From: a virus
Length of the DNA stretch: 64,000 nucleotides
Virus record (IMG/VR): IMGVR_UViG_3300029305_000264
Span: 1-64,000 of that record
Reading direction: 5' to 3' (one strand)
Shown here: positions 1-7,486 of the stretch, piece after piece
Layout: every line of letters begins with the position of its first letter
How positions within the stretch are numbered: position 1 is the stretch's first letter
Notes under the pieces: generated by a model
What the model was told of the DNA's origin: nothing
What the model saw: only the letters and a program-made list of their open reading frames with translations
Database searches by the model: none
Program-made: the position numbers and the translations under genes

Positions 1-117
1 AAGATCGAAAGAACAGAGGTTGAAGAAGATATTAAGTTTTTGGAATCTTCAGAAAGAAAGTTTTGGAAGCAGGTTCAGGACCGGAAAAGGCCTGATCTGA
101 TTCTTCCGGGAATATAA
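1..117 (+). CDS. 3' end of a CDS truncated by the window edge (product unknown)
   Basis: Frame 1 open from nt 1 to TAA at 115-117 (…KFWKQVQDRKRPDLILPGI*); next gene has its RBS directly after it. Confidence 0.4.
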   Translation, partial: KIERTEVEEDIKFLESSERKFWKQVQDRKRPDLILPGI

Positions 118-134
118 GAAAGGAGTATATAGAA

Positions 135-983
135 ATGGAATTAAAAATGAATGATTATCAGCTTCCGGAACAGATTTTGTTCAATTATGAGGAGTTGAAG
201 AAGGAACTGACAGAAAAGGTCAGCATGTATGAAACTTTGGTCTATACGGATGCACAGATCAAGGAAGCAAAGGCAGACAAGGCCAATCTGAACAAGCTGA
301 AGAAGGCACTGAATGATGAAAGAATCCGCAGGGAAAAGGAGTATATGGAGCCTTTCAACGATTTCAAGGCGAAGATCAATGAGATCATCAGCATTATTGA
401 TCGGCCTGTTGCGGTGATTGACAGACAGGTGAAGGAGTATGAGGAAAAGCAGAAGCAGGACAAGATGGATGAAATCAAGAACTTTTGGAATTCATGTGAT
501 GTTCCGGAAGGCCTTGTATTTGAAAAGATCTTCGATTCAAAGTGGTTGAATGCAACTGTTTCAATGAAATCTATTCATGAAGCAATTGATGCTGCAATTG
601 AGAAGTTCAATCAGGACATGTCCACGCTTGCAAAGCTGCCTGAATTCGGCTTTGAAGCACAGCAGGTGTATATTTCTACCCTTGACATGAACAAGGCCAT
701 TGCTGAAGGCCACAGGATGTCAGAGATAGCAAGGGCGAAGGCTGAAAGAGAAGCAGCAATGCGGAAGATCGAAGAAGAACAGAAGGCAAAGGCACAGGCT
801 GCTGAAGCGGAACAGATTCCGGGGCAGGTGGGATTCACTGATTCACAGTCATTTGATGCTATTGCTGAAGAAGCAAAACCTGCAAGACAGTGGGTGAAGT
901 TTCAGGCATATATGACAACGGCAGATGCACTTGCATTGAAGGACTTCTTCAACGGCAGAAACATTGAATTCAAGGCAGTTTAG
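135..983 (+). CDS. DUF1351-family phage protein (commonly next to phage annealases)
   Basis: N-terminal pattern ILFNYEELKKEL…YETLVYTDAQIKEAKADKANLNKLKKALNDERI typical of DUF1351; sits just upstream of recT. Confidence 0.6.
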   Translation: MELKMNDYQLPEQILFNYEELKKELTEKVSMYETLVYTDAQIKEAKADKANLNKLKKALNDERIRREKEYMEPFNDFKAKINEIISIIDRPVAVIDRQVKEYEEKQKQDKMDEIKNFWNSCDVPEGLVFEKIFDSKWLNATVSMKSIHEAIDAAIEKFNQDMSTLAKLPEFGFEAQQVYISTLDMNKAIAEGHRMSEIARAKAEREAAMRKIEEEQKAKAQAAEAEQIPGQVGFTDSQSFDAIAEEAKPARQWVKFQAYMTTADALALKDFFNGRNIEFKAV

Positions 984-1002
984 AAAGGAATAGGTGAATA
1001 AT

Positions 1003-1119
1003 ATGGCAACTTCAGTACAGATCGTATTAATTATTTGCATTACGTTGATAGTAATTTGCGCTATGCCGAATAACAATGGCAAGAAAAATGACAAGAAAAA
1101 CAATAAGGAAGGTGAATAA
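1003..1119 (+). CDS. 38-aa small hydrophobic peptide (MATSVQIVLIICITLIVICAMPNNNGKKNDKKNNKEGE)
   Basis: Below ORF-track cutoff, translated by hand; RBS aaaggaataggtg; one TM plus Lys-rich tail; homologous peptide at 35351-35440 in prophage 2. Confidence 0.45.
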   Translation: MATSVQIVLIICITLIVICAMPNNNGKKNDKKNNKEGE

Positions 1120-1120
1120 T

Positions 1121-1981
1121 ATGGCAGTAAATAATAGTTTGGTAGCAAAGCAGAATCAGAGATTAGGCATCACAGCATATTTGACTGCGGATGCAGTGAA
1201 GAATCAGATCAACAGTGTCGTTGGCGGCAAGGATGGCACGAAGTTCATTTCTGCGGTGGTTTCCGCAGTGAATAACAATCCTGCACTTCAGGAATGCACA
1301 AATCAGTCAATTCTTTCGGCTGCACTTCTTGGACAGTCCTTGAACCTGTCACCTTCTCCGCAGTTGGGGCAGTATTACATGGTGCCGTTCAATGACAAGA
1401 ACAAGGGAAAGGTGGCACAGTTTCAGCTTGGATATAAGGGATATATTCAGCTTGCAATCCGGTCCGGGCAGTACAAGAAATTGAACGTGCTTGCAATCAA
1501 GGAAGGTGAATTGATCCGGTTCGATCCTTTGAATGAGGAAATCGAAGTGAAGCTGATTGATGATGAAGAAGCAAGAGAGCAGGCAGAAACCATTGGATAT
1601 TATGCAATGTTCGAATATACCAACGGATTCAAGAAGGCAATGTATTGGAGCAAAAAGAAGATGGAAGCACATGCCTTGAAGTATTCCAAGGGATATGCCG
1701 CAAAGAAGGGATTCACCTTTTGGGAAAAGGATTTTGATGGAATGGCCTTCAAAACAATGCTTCGTCAGCTGATCAGCAAATGGGGCATCATGTCCATTGA
1801 AATGCAGATGGCAATGGATGGTGACATGACGGTGATCAATGAGGATGGAACAAAGACCTATGTTGAAAACGATGATTCCATCATTGAAGCACAGGTGACT
1901 GAAGTTGATCAGGAAGAATCGGTTCCGGAAGCACCTTCTGAAGATGTAACGGATGCACAGATGGCATTGTTCGGCAATTAG
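1121..1981 (+). CDS. recT: RecT-family single-strand annealing protein
   Basis: LGYKGYIQLAIRSGQYKKLNV and YYMVPF motifs typical of RecT; start moved to ATG 1121 (RBS aaggaaggtg) from ORF-track 1076. Confidence 0.85.
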   Translation: MAVNNSLVAKQNQRLGITAYLTADAVKNQINSVVGGKDGTKFISAVVSAVNNNPALQECTNQSILSAALLGQSLNLSPSPQLGQYYMVPFNDKNKGKVAQFQLGYKGYIQLAIRSGQYKKLNVLAIKEGELIRFDPLNEEIEVKLIDDEEAREQAETIGYYAMFEYTNGFKKAMYWSKKKMEAHALKYSKGYAAKKGFTFWEKDFDGMAFKTMLRQLISKWGIMSIEMQMAMDGDMTVINEDGTKTYVENDDSIIEAQVTEVDQEESVPEAPSEDVTDAQMALFGN

Positions 1982-1996
1982 AAGGGGGGATGCGTT

Positions 1997-2329
1997 ATGA
2001 CCGGAAACGAATATCAGGCATTAGCGGCAAGAACTATCAATCATGACCTTATGGCATGGCAGAATGAACTTCATGCATTGCATGGGATGTCGGCTGAAGT
2101 CGGGGAGATCCACAGCATTTGTCAAAAGTTATATCAGGGGCATGATTTCAACGAAGAACACATGAAGAAAGAAGTTGGTGATCTGCTTTGGTTCGTGGCC
2201 GAATATTGCACAGCGCATGGATGGAGCCTTGAAGAAGTGATGCAGATGAACATCGACAAGCTGAAGGCAAGATTCCCGGAAGGATTTGATGCGGAACACA
2301 GCCTGCACAGAAGGGAAGGTGACATCTGA
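1997..2329 (+). CDS. MazG-like nucleotide pyrophosphohydrolase
   Basis: All-alpha NTP-PPase pattern: YQALAARTIN…GMSAEVGEI…EVGDLLWFVAEYC…NIDKLKARFPEGF. Confidence 0.75.
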   Translation: MTGNEYQALAARTINHDLMAWQNELHALHGMSAEVGEIHSICQKLYQGHDFNEEHMKKEVGDLLWFVAEYCTAHGWSLEEVMQMNIDKLKARFPEGFDAEHSLHRREGDI

Positions 2330-2541
2330 TGGTGAAAGTTGGTTCTGTAATTCAGGCAAACGAAAATTCCGGTGAATGGTGCGGTTGCCTGCTGATTGTT
2401 GATGAAGTCAAATCATGGGGGGTTCAGGCAGGAATGAAAATTCCATACAAGGGAACTGCATACATAAGATTGACAAACGAACAGTTTGACTATATTGGCG
2501 AAGCTGTTTTGGCTCCAAAGGAAGGTGAAGAAGATGAATAA
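2329..2541 (+). CDS. hypothetical protein (70 aa)
   Basis: ATGA start/stop overlap with the upstream gene; same-strand operon context only. Confidence 0.5.
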   Translation: MVKVGSVIQANENSGEWCGCLLIVDEVKSWGVQAGMKIPYKGTAYIRLTNEQFDYIGEAVLAPKEGEEDE

Positions 2542-2953
2542 ATGGATAGGCATAATCAGATTGACTGCTGATGCAGAAATCAAATATTCACAGGATGGCA
2601 AGGCTGAGGCTGTTGCAAGATTTAACGGTGCATGTAACAGAAGATTCAAGCAGGAAGGACAACCTGAAGCAGATTTTTTCAGCTTTGTGGCATTTGGGAA
2701 AATTGCTGAAACATTTGAAAAATGCAGTGTAGGCAAGGGAACAAAGCTTCTGATTGAAGGTGAAGTGAGAAATAACCACTATGAAAAGGATGGTGTCAAG
2801 CATTATTCGGAACAGATTGTGGTGAACACTTTTGAATTCTGCGAAAGCAAGGGAAGTGGATCGGCAAGCAATGCGGCATCTGCACCACAGGTTGATCAGG
2901 ATGGGTTCATGAACATCCCGGATGGCATTGATGAAGAATTGCCGTTCAATTAG
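2534..2953 (+). CDS. ssb: single-stranded DNA-binding protein
   Basis: OB-fold SSB pattern (MNKWIGIIRLTADAEIKY…FFSFVAFGKIAE…LIEGEVRNNHYEKDG) and acidic tail DEELPFN; start at ATG 2534 with RBS aaggaaggtg. Confidence 0.9.
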   Translation: MNKWIGIIRLTADAEIKYSQDGKAEAVARFNGACNRRFKQEGQPEADFFSFVAFGKIAETFEKCSVGKGTKLLIEGEVRNNHYEKDGVKHYSEQIVVNTFEFCESKGSGSASNAASAPQVDQDGFMNIPDGIDEELPFN

Positions 2954-2968
2954 GAAGTAGGTGCATGT

Positions 2969-3259
2969 ATGGGAAAAATTATGGTTCATGGATATATGGT
3001 ATATAAATGCGAAAAGTGCGGAAAAGAATTCAGGATGTGGTGTGAAAAAGGGATTGAAGATGGTGAAAAACCTTCACCTTTTGTGATTCGTCACACTTGC
3101 GGTGGCTTTGCAAAAGATATTAGCGGATTGTTCCGCATAAACAAGCCAAGACCAAATCCAATGCTTGATTATGATGCAGGATATATGGTTCTTCCTGAAG
3201 GTGAAAGCTATTTTGCGAACAAAAAGGATCATGATTGCGGTGTTGCAGTTATCAGCTAG
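2969..3259 (+). CDS. hypothetical Cys-containing protein (96 aa)
   Basis: CEKCG…HTCGG putative Zn-binding pairs; operon context. Confidence 0.5.
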   Translation: MGKIMVHGYMVYKCEKCGKEFRMWCEKGIEDGEKPSPFVIRHTCGGFAKDISGLFRINKPRPNPMLDYDAGYMVLPEGESYFANKKDHDCGVAVIS

Positions 3260-3270
3260 GGAGAAGGTGA

Positions 3271-3600
3271 TTGTGTATGATACATCAATTGAAAATTGGT
3301 TCAAAGTATTTTGAGGATGTTGTGTCAGGTAAAAAGACTTTTGAAGTCCGTAAGAATGACAGGAATTTCATGGTGGGTGATTTTATCGGTTTGAATGAAC
3401 TGACACCACATCCTTGCAATGGAAAAGGCGAACACATGTTAACAGGAAGATGCGCTGTTGTATACATCAATTATATTCTTGATGAACCCGGTGTTTGCAA
3501 GGAAGGTTATGTTGTGCTTGGCATTGAAGCATGCTCCATATGTATCAATGGTGTTGGCTGTGAATCAGAAGTATATGATTCTATAGCAATAACAGATTGA
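3271..3600 (+). CDS. DUF3850 / ASCH-like (PUA-fold) domain protein
   Basis: HQLKIGSKYFEDVVSGKKTFEVRKNDRNFMVGD matches the DUF3850 signature. Confidence 0.7.
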   Translation: MCMIHQLKIGSKYFEDVVSGKKTFEVRKNDRNFMVGDFIGLNELTPHPCNGKGEHMLTGRCAVVYINYILDEPGVCKEGYVVLGIEACSICINGVGCESEVYDSIAITD

Positions 3601-3613
3601 AAGTAGGTGCAGC

Positions 3614-4021
3614 ATGGCTTGGAAAAGATACAGTGGCAACAAATATGGCAGCAAGAAGGTTGAAATTGATGGCATTGTCTTTGATTCCAAGAAGGAAGCA
3701 AAAAGGTTTCAGGAATTGTCCTTGCTTGAAAAAGCAGGGGCAATCCAAGGCCTGCAAAGGCAAGTCAAATATGTTCTGATCCCTTCACAGTATGAAGTCA
3801 TTGAAAGATATTCAAAGACAGGGAAAAGGCTGAAGGATGGCCAAAGATGCATTGAAAAAGAATGTTCGTACATAGCTGATTTTGTTTATCAGCAAGATGG
3901 AAAGACAGTGGTTGAAGACACAAAGGGTTATAGAAATCCATCAACAGCAGGTTATGCATATTTTGTTCTTAAAAGGAAACTGATGCTGCATGTGCATGGG
4001 ATCCAAATCAAAGAGATTTAG
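3614..4021 (+). CDS. DUF1064-family protein (PD-(D/E)xK-like nuclease fold, possible resolvase)
   Basis: KYGSKKVEIDGIVFDSKKEAKRFQEL…ADFVY…VEDTKG pattern typical of DUF1064. Confidence 0.65.
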   Translation: MAWKRYSGNKYGSKKVEIDGIVFDSKKEAKRFQELSLLEKAGAIQGLQRQVKYVLIPSQYEVIERYSKTGKRLKDGQRCIEKECSYIADFVYQQDGKTVVEDTKGYRNPSTAGYAYFVLKRKLMLHVHGIQIKEI

Positions 4022-4036
4022 GAAGGAGTATTTGCA

Positions 4037-4360
4037 ATGGGAAAACTGAATGAATTGAAAACAACACAGGACATTGTTCTTGAAGTCCTGACGGAACAGC
4101 CGATGGCAAGAAGCAGTGACAATTATTTGTGTTATATGGTTTATAAGATTGTAGGAAAGAAGAATGGTATTGATATAGATTCCATGTCGATGCCGACATT
4201 CTTTCTTCACATGAAGGAATATGGGTTCCCATCAACGGAAACGATCAGAAGAACACGACAGAAGCTTCAGGCAGAGCATCCGGAACTGTGTGGAAGTAGC
4301 ACTGTTGAAGGACAAAGGCTTTTGAATGAAGAAGTCTTCCGGGAATACGCAAGGGGATGA
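4037..4360 (+). CDS. hypothetical phage protein (107 aa)
   Basis: RBS aggaaggag upstream; operon context. Confidence 0.5.
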   Translation: MGKLNELKTTQDIVLEVLTEQPMARSSDNYLCYMVYKIVGKKNGIDIDSMSMPTFFLHMKEYGFPSTETIRRTRQKLQAEHPELCGSSTVEGQRLLNEEVFREYARG

Positions 4361-4364
4361 TTTT

Positions 4365-5141
4365 ATGGCTGACAACAATGGATGGATAAAACTTCATAGG
4401 AAGCTGCTTGACAATCCAATTGTCATGAAGGATGCGGACCATCTTGCGGTATGGATGTATTTATTGCTGAATGCCACACATGCGGAATATCCTGCGTTGT
4501 TCAAAGGTAAGAAAATAATGTTGCAGCCGGGGCAGTTGATCACAGGTTGTATTTCCATAGGGAATCAGTTGTCTATTTCTGAAAGTAAAGTCAGGCGAAC
4601 ACTAAATGACTTCATAAGTGACGGACAGATTGACAGACAGACAAGTAATAAAAACTCACTGATTACAGTGCTTAAATGGGATTTGTATCAGACTTCTGAC
4701 GGACAAAACAGCATTCAAGTGACGGACAACCGACAGACAAGTGACGGACAAGTGACGACAAACAAGAAGATAAAGAATGTTAAGAAGGTAAAAGAATGTA
4801 AAGAAATAATATATTCTGATGTTCCCGAACTGAACAAAGCAATCATTGATTTTATTGATTATCGGAAAGGTATCAAGAAACCAATGACGGAAAATGCCGT
4901 TTCACTTCTTCTTAGCAAACTGAACAAACTGTCAGGATCCATTCCTGAACAGATTGAAATTCTGAATCAGTCGATTGTGAACGGTTGGCAGGGTATATTC
5001 CCATTGAAGAAAGCAACAACCGGAAGAACAGAACCTGTTCCTTCTTGGATCAAAAAGAACAGCTTCAACGACATTCCACAGCACAACTATGGTGACATGG
5101 ATGCATTAGAGAAACAGTTGCTTGGGAATGGTGATCCCTGA
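4365..5141 (+). CDS. phage replisome organizer / DnaD-like replication initiator
   Basis: NGWIKLHRKLLDNPI…HLAVWMYLLL N-terminal wHTH pattern, DnaD-like C-terminus (IDFIDYRKGIKKPMTENAV…NGWQGIFP); iterons inside the gene; start ATG 4365. Confidence 0.75.
   Translation: MADNNGWIKLHRKLLDNPIVMKDADHLAVWMYLLLNATHAEYPALFKGKKIMLQPGQLITGCISIGNQLSISESKVRRTLNDFISDGQIDRQTSNKNSLITVLKWDLYQTSDGQNSIQVTDNRQTSDGQVTTNKKIKNVKKVKECKEIIYSDVPELNKAIIDFIDYRKGIKKPMTENAVSLLLSKLNKLSGSIPEQIEILNQSIVNGWQGIFPLKKATTGRTEPVPSWIKKNSFNDIPQHNYGDMDALEKQLLGNGDP
4617..4760. repeat. Direct iterons (A)GTGACGGACA x5 plus GACAGACAAG repeats: putative origin of replication inside the initiator gene
   Basis: Copies at 4618-4627, 4697-4705, 4717-4728, 4738-4750 and 4751-4760 (degenerate); GACAGACA(G)ACAAG at 4632-4645 and 4731-4741. 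Confidence 0.6.
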
Positions 5142-5206
5142 CTTTGAAGAAAGAAGGGATCGACTGAAGGCAAGATTGGCGAAAAAATATGGAAAGGGGA
5201 AAAGCA

Positions 5207-5632
5207 ATGAAAGCAAAGGACTATCTTCAGCAGGTCAGCAAGCTTGACAAAATGATTCAAAACAAGCTGATAGAAAAAAGTCAGTGGAAATCAATTGCAC
5301 TGTCAACCGGATCCTGTTCTTCGGAACAGGAAAGGGTTCAGTCTTCCGGGAACAAAAGCAGGATGGAAGATGCAGTGATCAGATTGATTGAAATGGAAGA
5401 AGAAATTGATAGATACATAGATGAATTGATTGATACCAAGAAGGATGTCATCAGGACCATTGAAAAGCTTCCGGTTGCTGAATATGATGTGCTGCACAAG
5501 GTATACATACAGTTCAAAACGCTTGATGAAGCTGCTGCCATGATGGACAAATCATATTCATGGGCCACAACAGTTCATGGCCGGGCATTGAAGCATGTTC
5601 AGGAGATCTTGGAAAGGAAGGTGACGGAATGA
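5207..5632 (+). CDS. DUF1492 / sigma-70 region-4-like phage transcriptional regulator (candidate late-gene activator)
   Basis: MKAKDYLQQVSKLDKMIQNK…IEMEEEIDRYIDELIDTKKDV…AEYDVLHKVYIQ pattern; homolog at 39977-40432. Confidence 0.6.
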   Translation: MKAKDYLQQVSKLDKMIQNKLIEKSQWKSIALSTGSCSSEQERVQSSGNKSRMEDAVIRLIEMEEEIDRYIDELIDTKKDVIRTIEKLPVAEYDVLHKVYIQFKTLDEAAAMMDKSYSWATTVHGRALKHVQEILERKVTE

Positions 5633-5784
5633 AGTACAGCAGGGAAACCTTGAAGCAGAAGTACAAAGCAGGAGAAATCACCATAAAGGAGTTTAAGAAC
5701 GGACTTCGGGAGATCGAAGCAAAGGACAGAGAAATGCGAGAGCAACTATTGGAGAGATTAGAGGATCCGCAGGAAGGAGAGTGA
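5629..5784 (+). CDS. 51-aa conserved hypothetical (MKYSRETLKQKYKAGEITIKEF…)
   Basis: ATGA overlap with the upstream stop; homolog in prophage 2 at 42209-42382. Confidence 0.55.
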   Translation: MKYSRETLKQKYKAGEITIKEFKNGLREIEAKDREMREQLLERLEDPQEGE

Positions 5785-5788
5785 CAGA

Positions 5789-6022
5789 ATGAAGTTTATT
5801 TTGAATGGATGTGATATTTCTTTTATAGCAGAAGCACCGGAAGATATAACACTTAAACAGTTGCTGAAACAATGTGACAAGATCCGTCCGGATTGGTGCG
5901 CTTGTGGGATTTGTTCTTGTGATGAAAGCGAAAAAACGGAAATCATCATTGATTACAACGATATTAAAAAGGTTGATGATGATGTTCCTTGCAGGATAGT
6001 AGAGGAAGGCGGTGCAGAATGA
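5789..6022 (+). CDS. hypothetical Cys-rich protein (77 aa)
   Basis: Operon context; CACGICSC cluster. Confidence 0.45.
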   Translation: MKFILNGCDISFIAEAPEDITLKQLLKQCDKIRPDWCACGICSCDESEKTEIIIDYNDIKKVDDDVPCRIVEEGGAE

Positions 6023-6300
6023 CGAAGAAACCTAAAGTTCTAATTGTTGGCGGTGGCAGACATTATGGAAAAACGTTGGAAGCGCAGAAGGGACTTTTGG
6101 AAGAATTGGAATCGTACAGAGCAATCGGCACTGTTTCCGAGTTCCGAGAGTTGAAGGAAAAGGCAAAGCCGAATAAGCCATATTATGTGCCGTATGATTC
6201 AAATCCCAACATCGGGAATTGGCACTGTCCTACTTGCCACGGAATTGTTTTGTATTACCATCGTGTTTGCGGTTGTGGGAAGCATCTTGATTGGAGTTAA
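6019..6300 (+). CDS. hypothetical Zn-ribbon protein (93 aa)
   Basis: CPTCHG…CGCGKHLDW; shares YRAIGTVSEFRELKEKA (51 identical nt) with 42366-42665. Confidence 0.55.
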   Translation: MTKKPKVLIVGGGRHYGKTLEAQKGLLEELESYRAIGTVSEFRELKEKAKPNKPYYVPYDSNPNIGNWHCPTCHGIVLYYHRVCGCGKHLDWS

Positions 6301-6314
6301 GGAAAGGAGCAACC

Positions 6315-6467
6315 ATGATACGAAAAATTAAGCAGTATTTTAAACGTAAGGAGTTTGAAAAACGCTGTCTGCACATTCCATGCACAAAATGTCCGTACTT
6401 CCTTGATGACGGTTTGGATGGTAGGTGTATATTGGTGGCTAGTTTGGGTTTAGAGGGGGAGCAATGA
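6315..6467 (+). CDS. 50-aa Cys-rich small ORF
   Basis: Hand-translated (MIRKIKQYFKRKEFEKRCLHIPCTKCPYF…); RBS ggaaaggagc 6 nt upstream; fills a gap in the ORF track. Confidence 0.45.
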   Translation: MIRKIKQYFKRKEFEKRCLHIPCTKCPYFLDDGLDGRCILVASLGLEGEQ

Positions 6468-6613
6468 TGTTCAAATATTGCTTGGTACAATATTTTGACT
6501 ACATGGCACAGAAACGAAAGAAGAAAAAGTGGTTGAAGTGTGAGGATTGCATGTTTAAGGATAAGTGTGAAAGGTGTCAGAAAGGAGCGCAGGATGGAGA
6601 GAGAATGCGATAA
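6464..6613 (+). CDS. 49-aa Cys-rich small ORF
   Basis: Hand-translated (MMFKYCLVQYFDYMAQKRKKKKWLKCEDCMFKDKCERCQ…); overlaps neighbours by a few nt. Confidence 0.4.
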   Translation: MMFKYCLVQYFDYMAQKRKKKKWLKCEDCMFKDKCERCQKGAQDGERMR

Positions 6614-6836
6614 CTGCAAATACAAGATGAATGGTATTGAAGAACATCCATGTGTCAAGTGTATAAGAAATGCAACAGATATGTGGGAGCAGGAAACCAA
6701 CGCAGACCGCATCCGGACAATGAATGATGTAGAATTGGCAGAGTTTTTGACGAAGCAGTTTTGTCACGGAGTTGGAGAAAAATTGATTTTTGATTGGCTG
6801 AAATCCCCGATTGATAACAGAAAGGAGCAGGGATGA
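6594..6836 (+). CDS. hypothetical Cys-rich protein (80 aa)
   Basis: Start moved to ATG 6594 (RBS aaaggagcgcagg); MERECDNCKYK…CVKC; distant counterpart at 42670-42912. Confidence 0.5.
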   Translation: MERECDNCKYKMNGIEEHPCVKCIRNATDMWEQETNADRIRTMNDVELAEFLTKQFCHGVGEKLIFDWLKSPIDNRKEQG

Positions 6837-7294
6837 CAAAGAAAATATGTGCATACTGCGGCAGTGAATTTTGGGTGAACGAATACCAAAAAGGAGATCT
6901 GAACAAAAAGTATTGTTCCCCGGATTGTGCAATAACTGTGGAAAATAAGCGGAAGCGAGAGAGAAGAAAAAGGGAAAAGACCGGGGAAGTGGTTCGGCAT
7001 GAAAGACTTTGTTTGTGCTGTGGGAAGAAGTTCACGACAACCAAGGAAACGAAAGTGTATTGCAACGATGGATGCAGAATCAAGGCAAGTGCTGAAAGGC
7101 AAAAGGTGTATGGTGTGGAGTATAGGGAGAAGAAACGACAGGAAAAGCTTCAGGAAGAAAAGAAGCAGAAAGAGAAAGAGCAGCTGCACGAAGCGAACAG
7201 CAAGGCATTGGCAAGTGGCATGAGTTACGGTCAGTATTATGCAATGCTATATGCACAGGAACAAAGGCATGATGCAAAGAAGAAAAAGTGTTAA
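6833..7294 (+). CDS. double zinc-ribbon, Lys/Arg-rich protein with C-terminal GMSYGQY helix (unnamed family, 3 copies in window)
   Basis: CAYCG…CSPDC and CLCCG…CNDGC pairs, KRKRERRKREK linker, …ASGMSYGQYYAMLYAQ; paralogs at 38684-39139 and 40704-41126. Confidence 0.6.
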   Translation: MTKKICAYCGSEFWVNEYQKGDLNKKYCSPDCAITVENKRKRERRKREKTGEVVRHERLCLCCGKKFTTTKETKVYCNDGCRIKASAERQKVYGVEYREKKRQEKLQEEKKQKEKEQLHEANSKALASGMSYGQYYAMLYAQEQRHDAKKKKC

Positions 7295-7316
7295 AAAATG
7301 TATACGTTGTGACTTT

Positions 7317-7375
7317 TTTGCAAAATGTTGTATAACATGTGATTGAAAACCTGTGATATTATTAAAATGTAAAAT
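7317..7375 (+). promoter_or_regulatory. Conserved AT-rich motif pair upstream of the late-operon leader (putative late promoter or regulator site)
   Basis: TTTGCAAAATGTTGTATAACA and GATATTATTAAAATGTAAAATG resemble 43887-43906 and 43927-43947 in prophage 2; spacing does not fit a clean sigma-A -35/-10. Confidence 0.3.
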
Positions 7376-7383
7376 GATTCATG

Positions 7384-7421
7384 AAGGTGTTGTCTTCGGG
7401 TGAGGGCAGCACCTTTTCCTT
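7384..7421 (+). terminator. Leader hairpin 1 (intrinsic-terminator-like) upstream of terS
   Basis: 11-bp stem 7384-7394/7405-7415 (2 G-U pairs) then TTCCTT; structure conserved with compensatory changes at 44429-44468. Confidence 0.55.
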
Positions 7422-7469
7422 TGGCCTTGAATGATGCTCAATACTCCTGCATTCAAGGCCTTTTTGTTT
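7422..7469 (+). terminator. Leader hairpin 2: rho-independent terminator upstream of terS
   Basis: Perfect 11-bp stem GGCCTTGAATG/CATTCAAGGCC (7422-7432/7450-7460) followed by TTTTTGTTT. Confidence 0.7.
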
Positions 7470-7486
7470 CAAAGGTGGTGATTGTG

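Noticed and set aside
6230-6712. 160-aa minus-strand ORF covering a region with no plus-strand ORF in the track
   Set aside because: Hand translation shows the gap is filled by two plus-strand ORFs of 49-50 aa with RBSs (6315-6467, 6464-6613), which fall below the track cutoff. The minus ORF is hydrophobic and low-complexity.
7400-7486. ORF-track N-terminal extension of terS (and likewise 44454-44543)
   Set aside because: The extension would read through two terminator hairpins. The conserved protein starts at MAKLTAKQQ with a good RBS in both phages.
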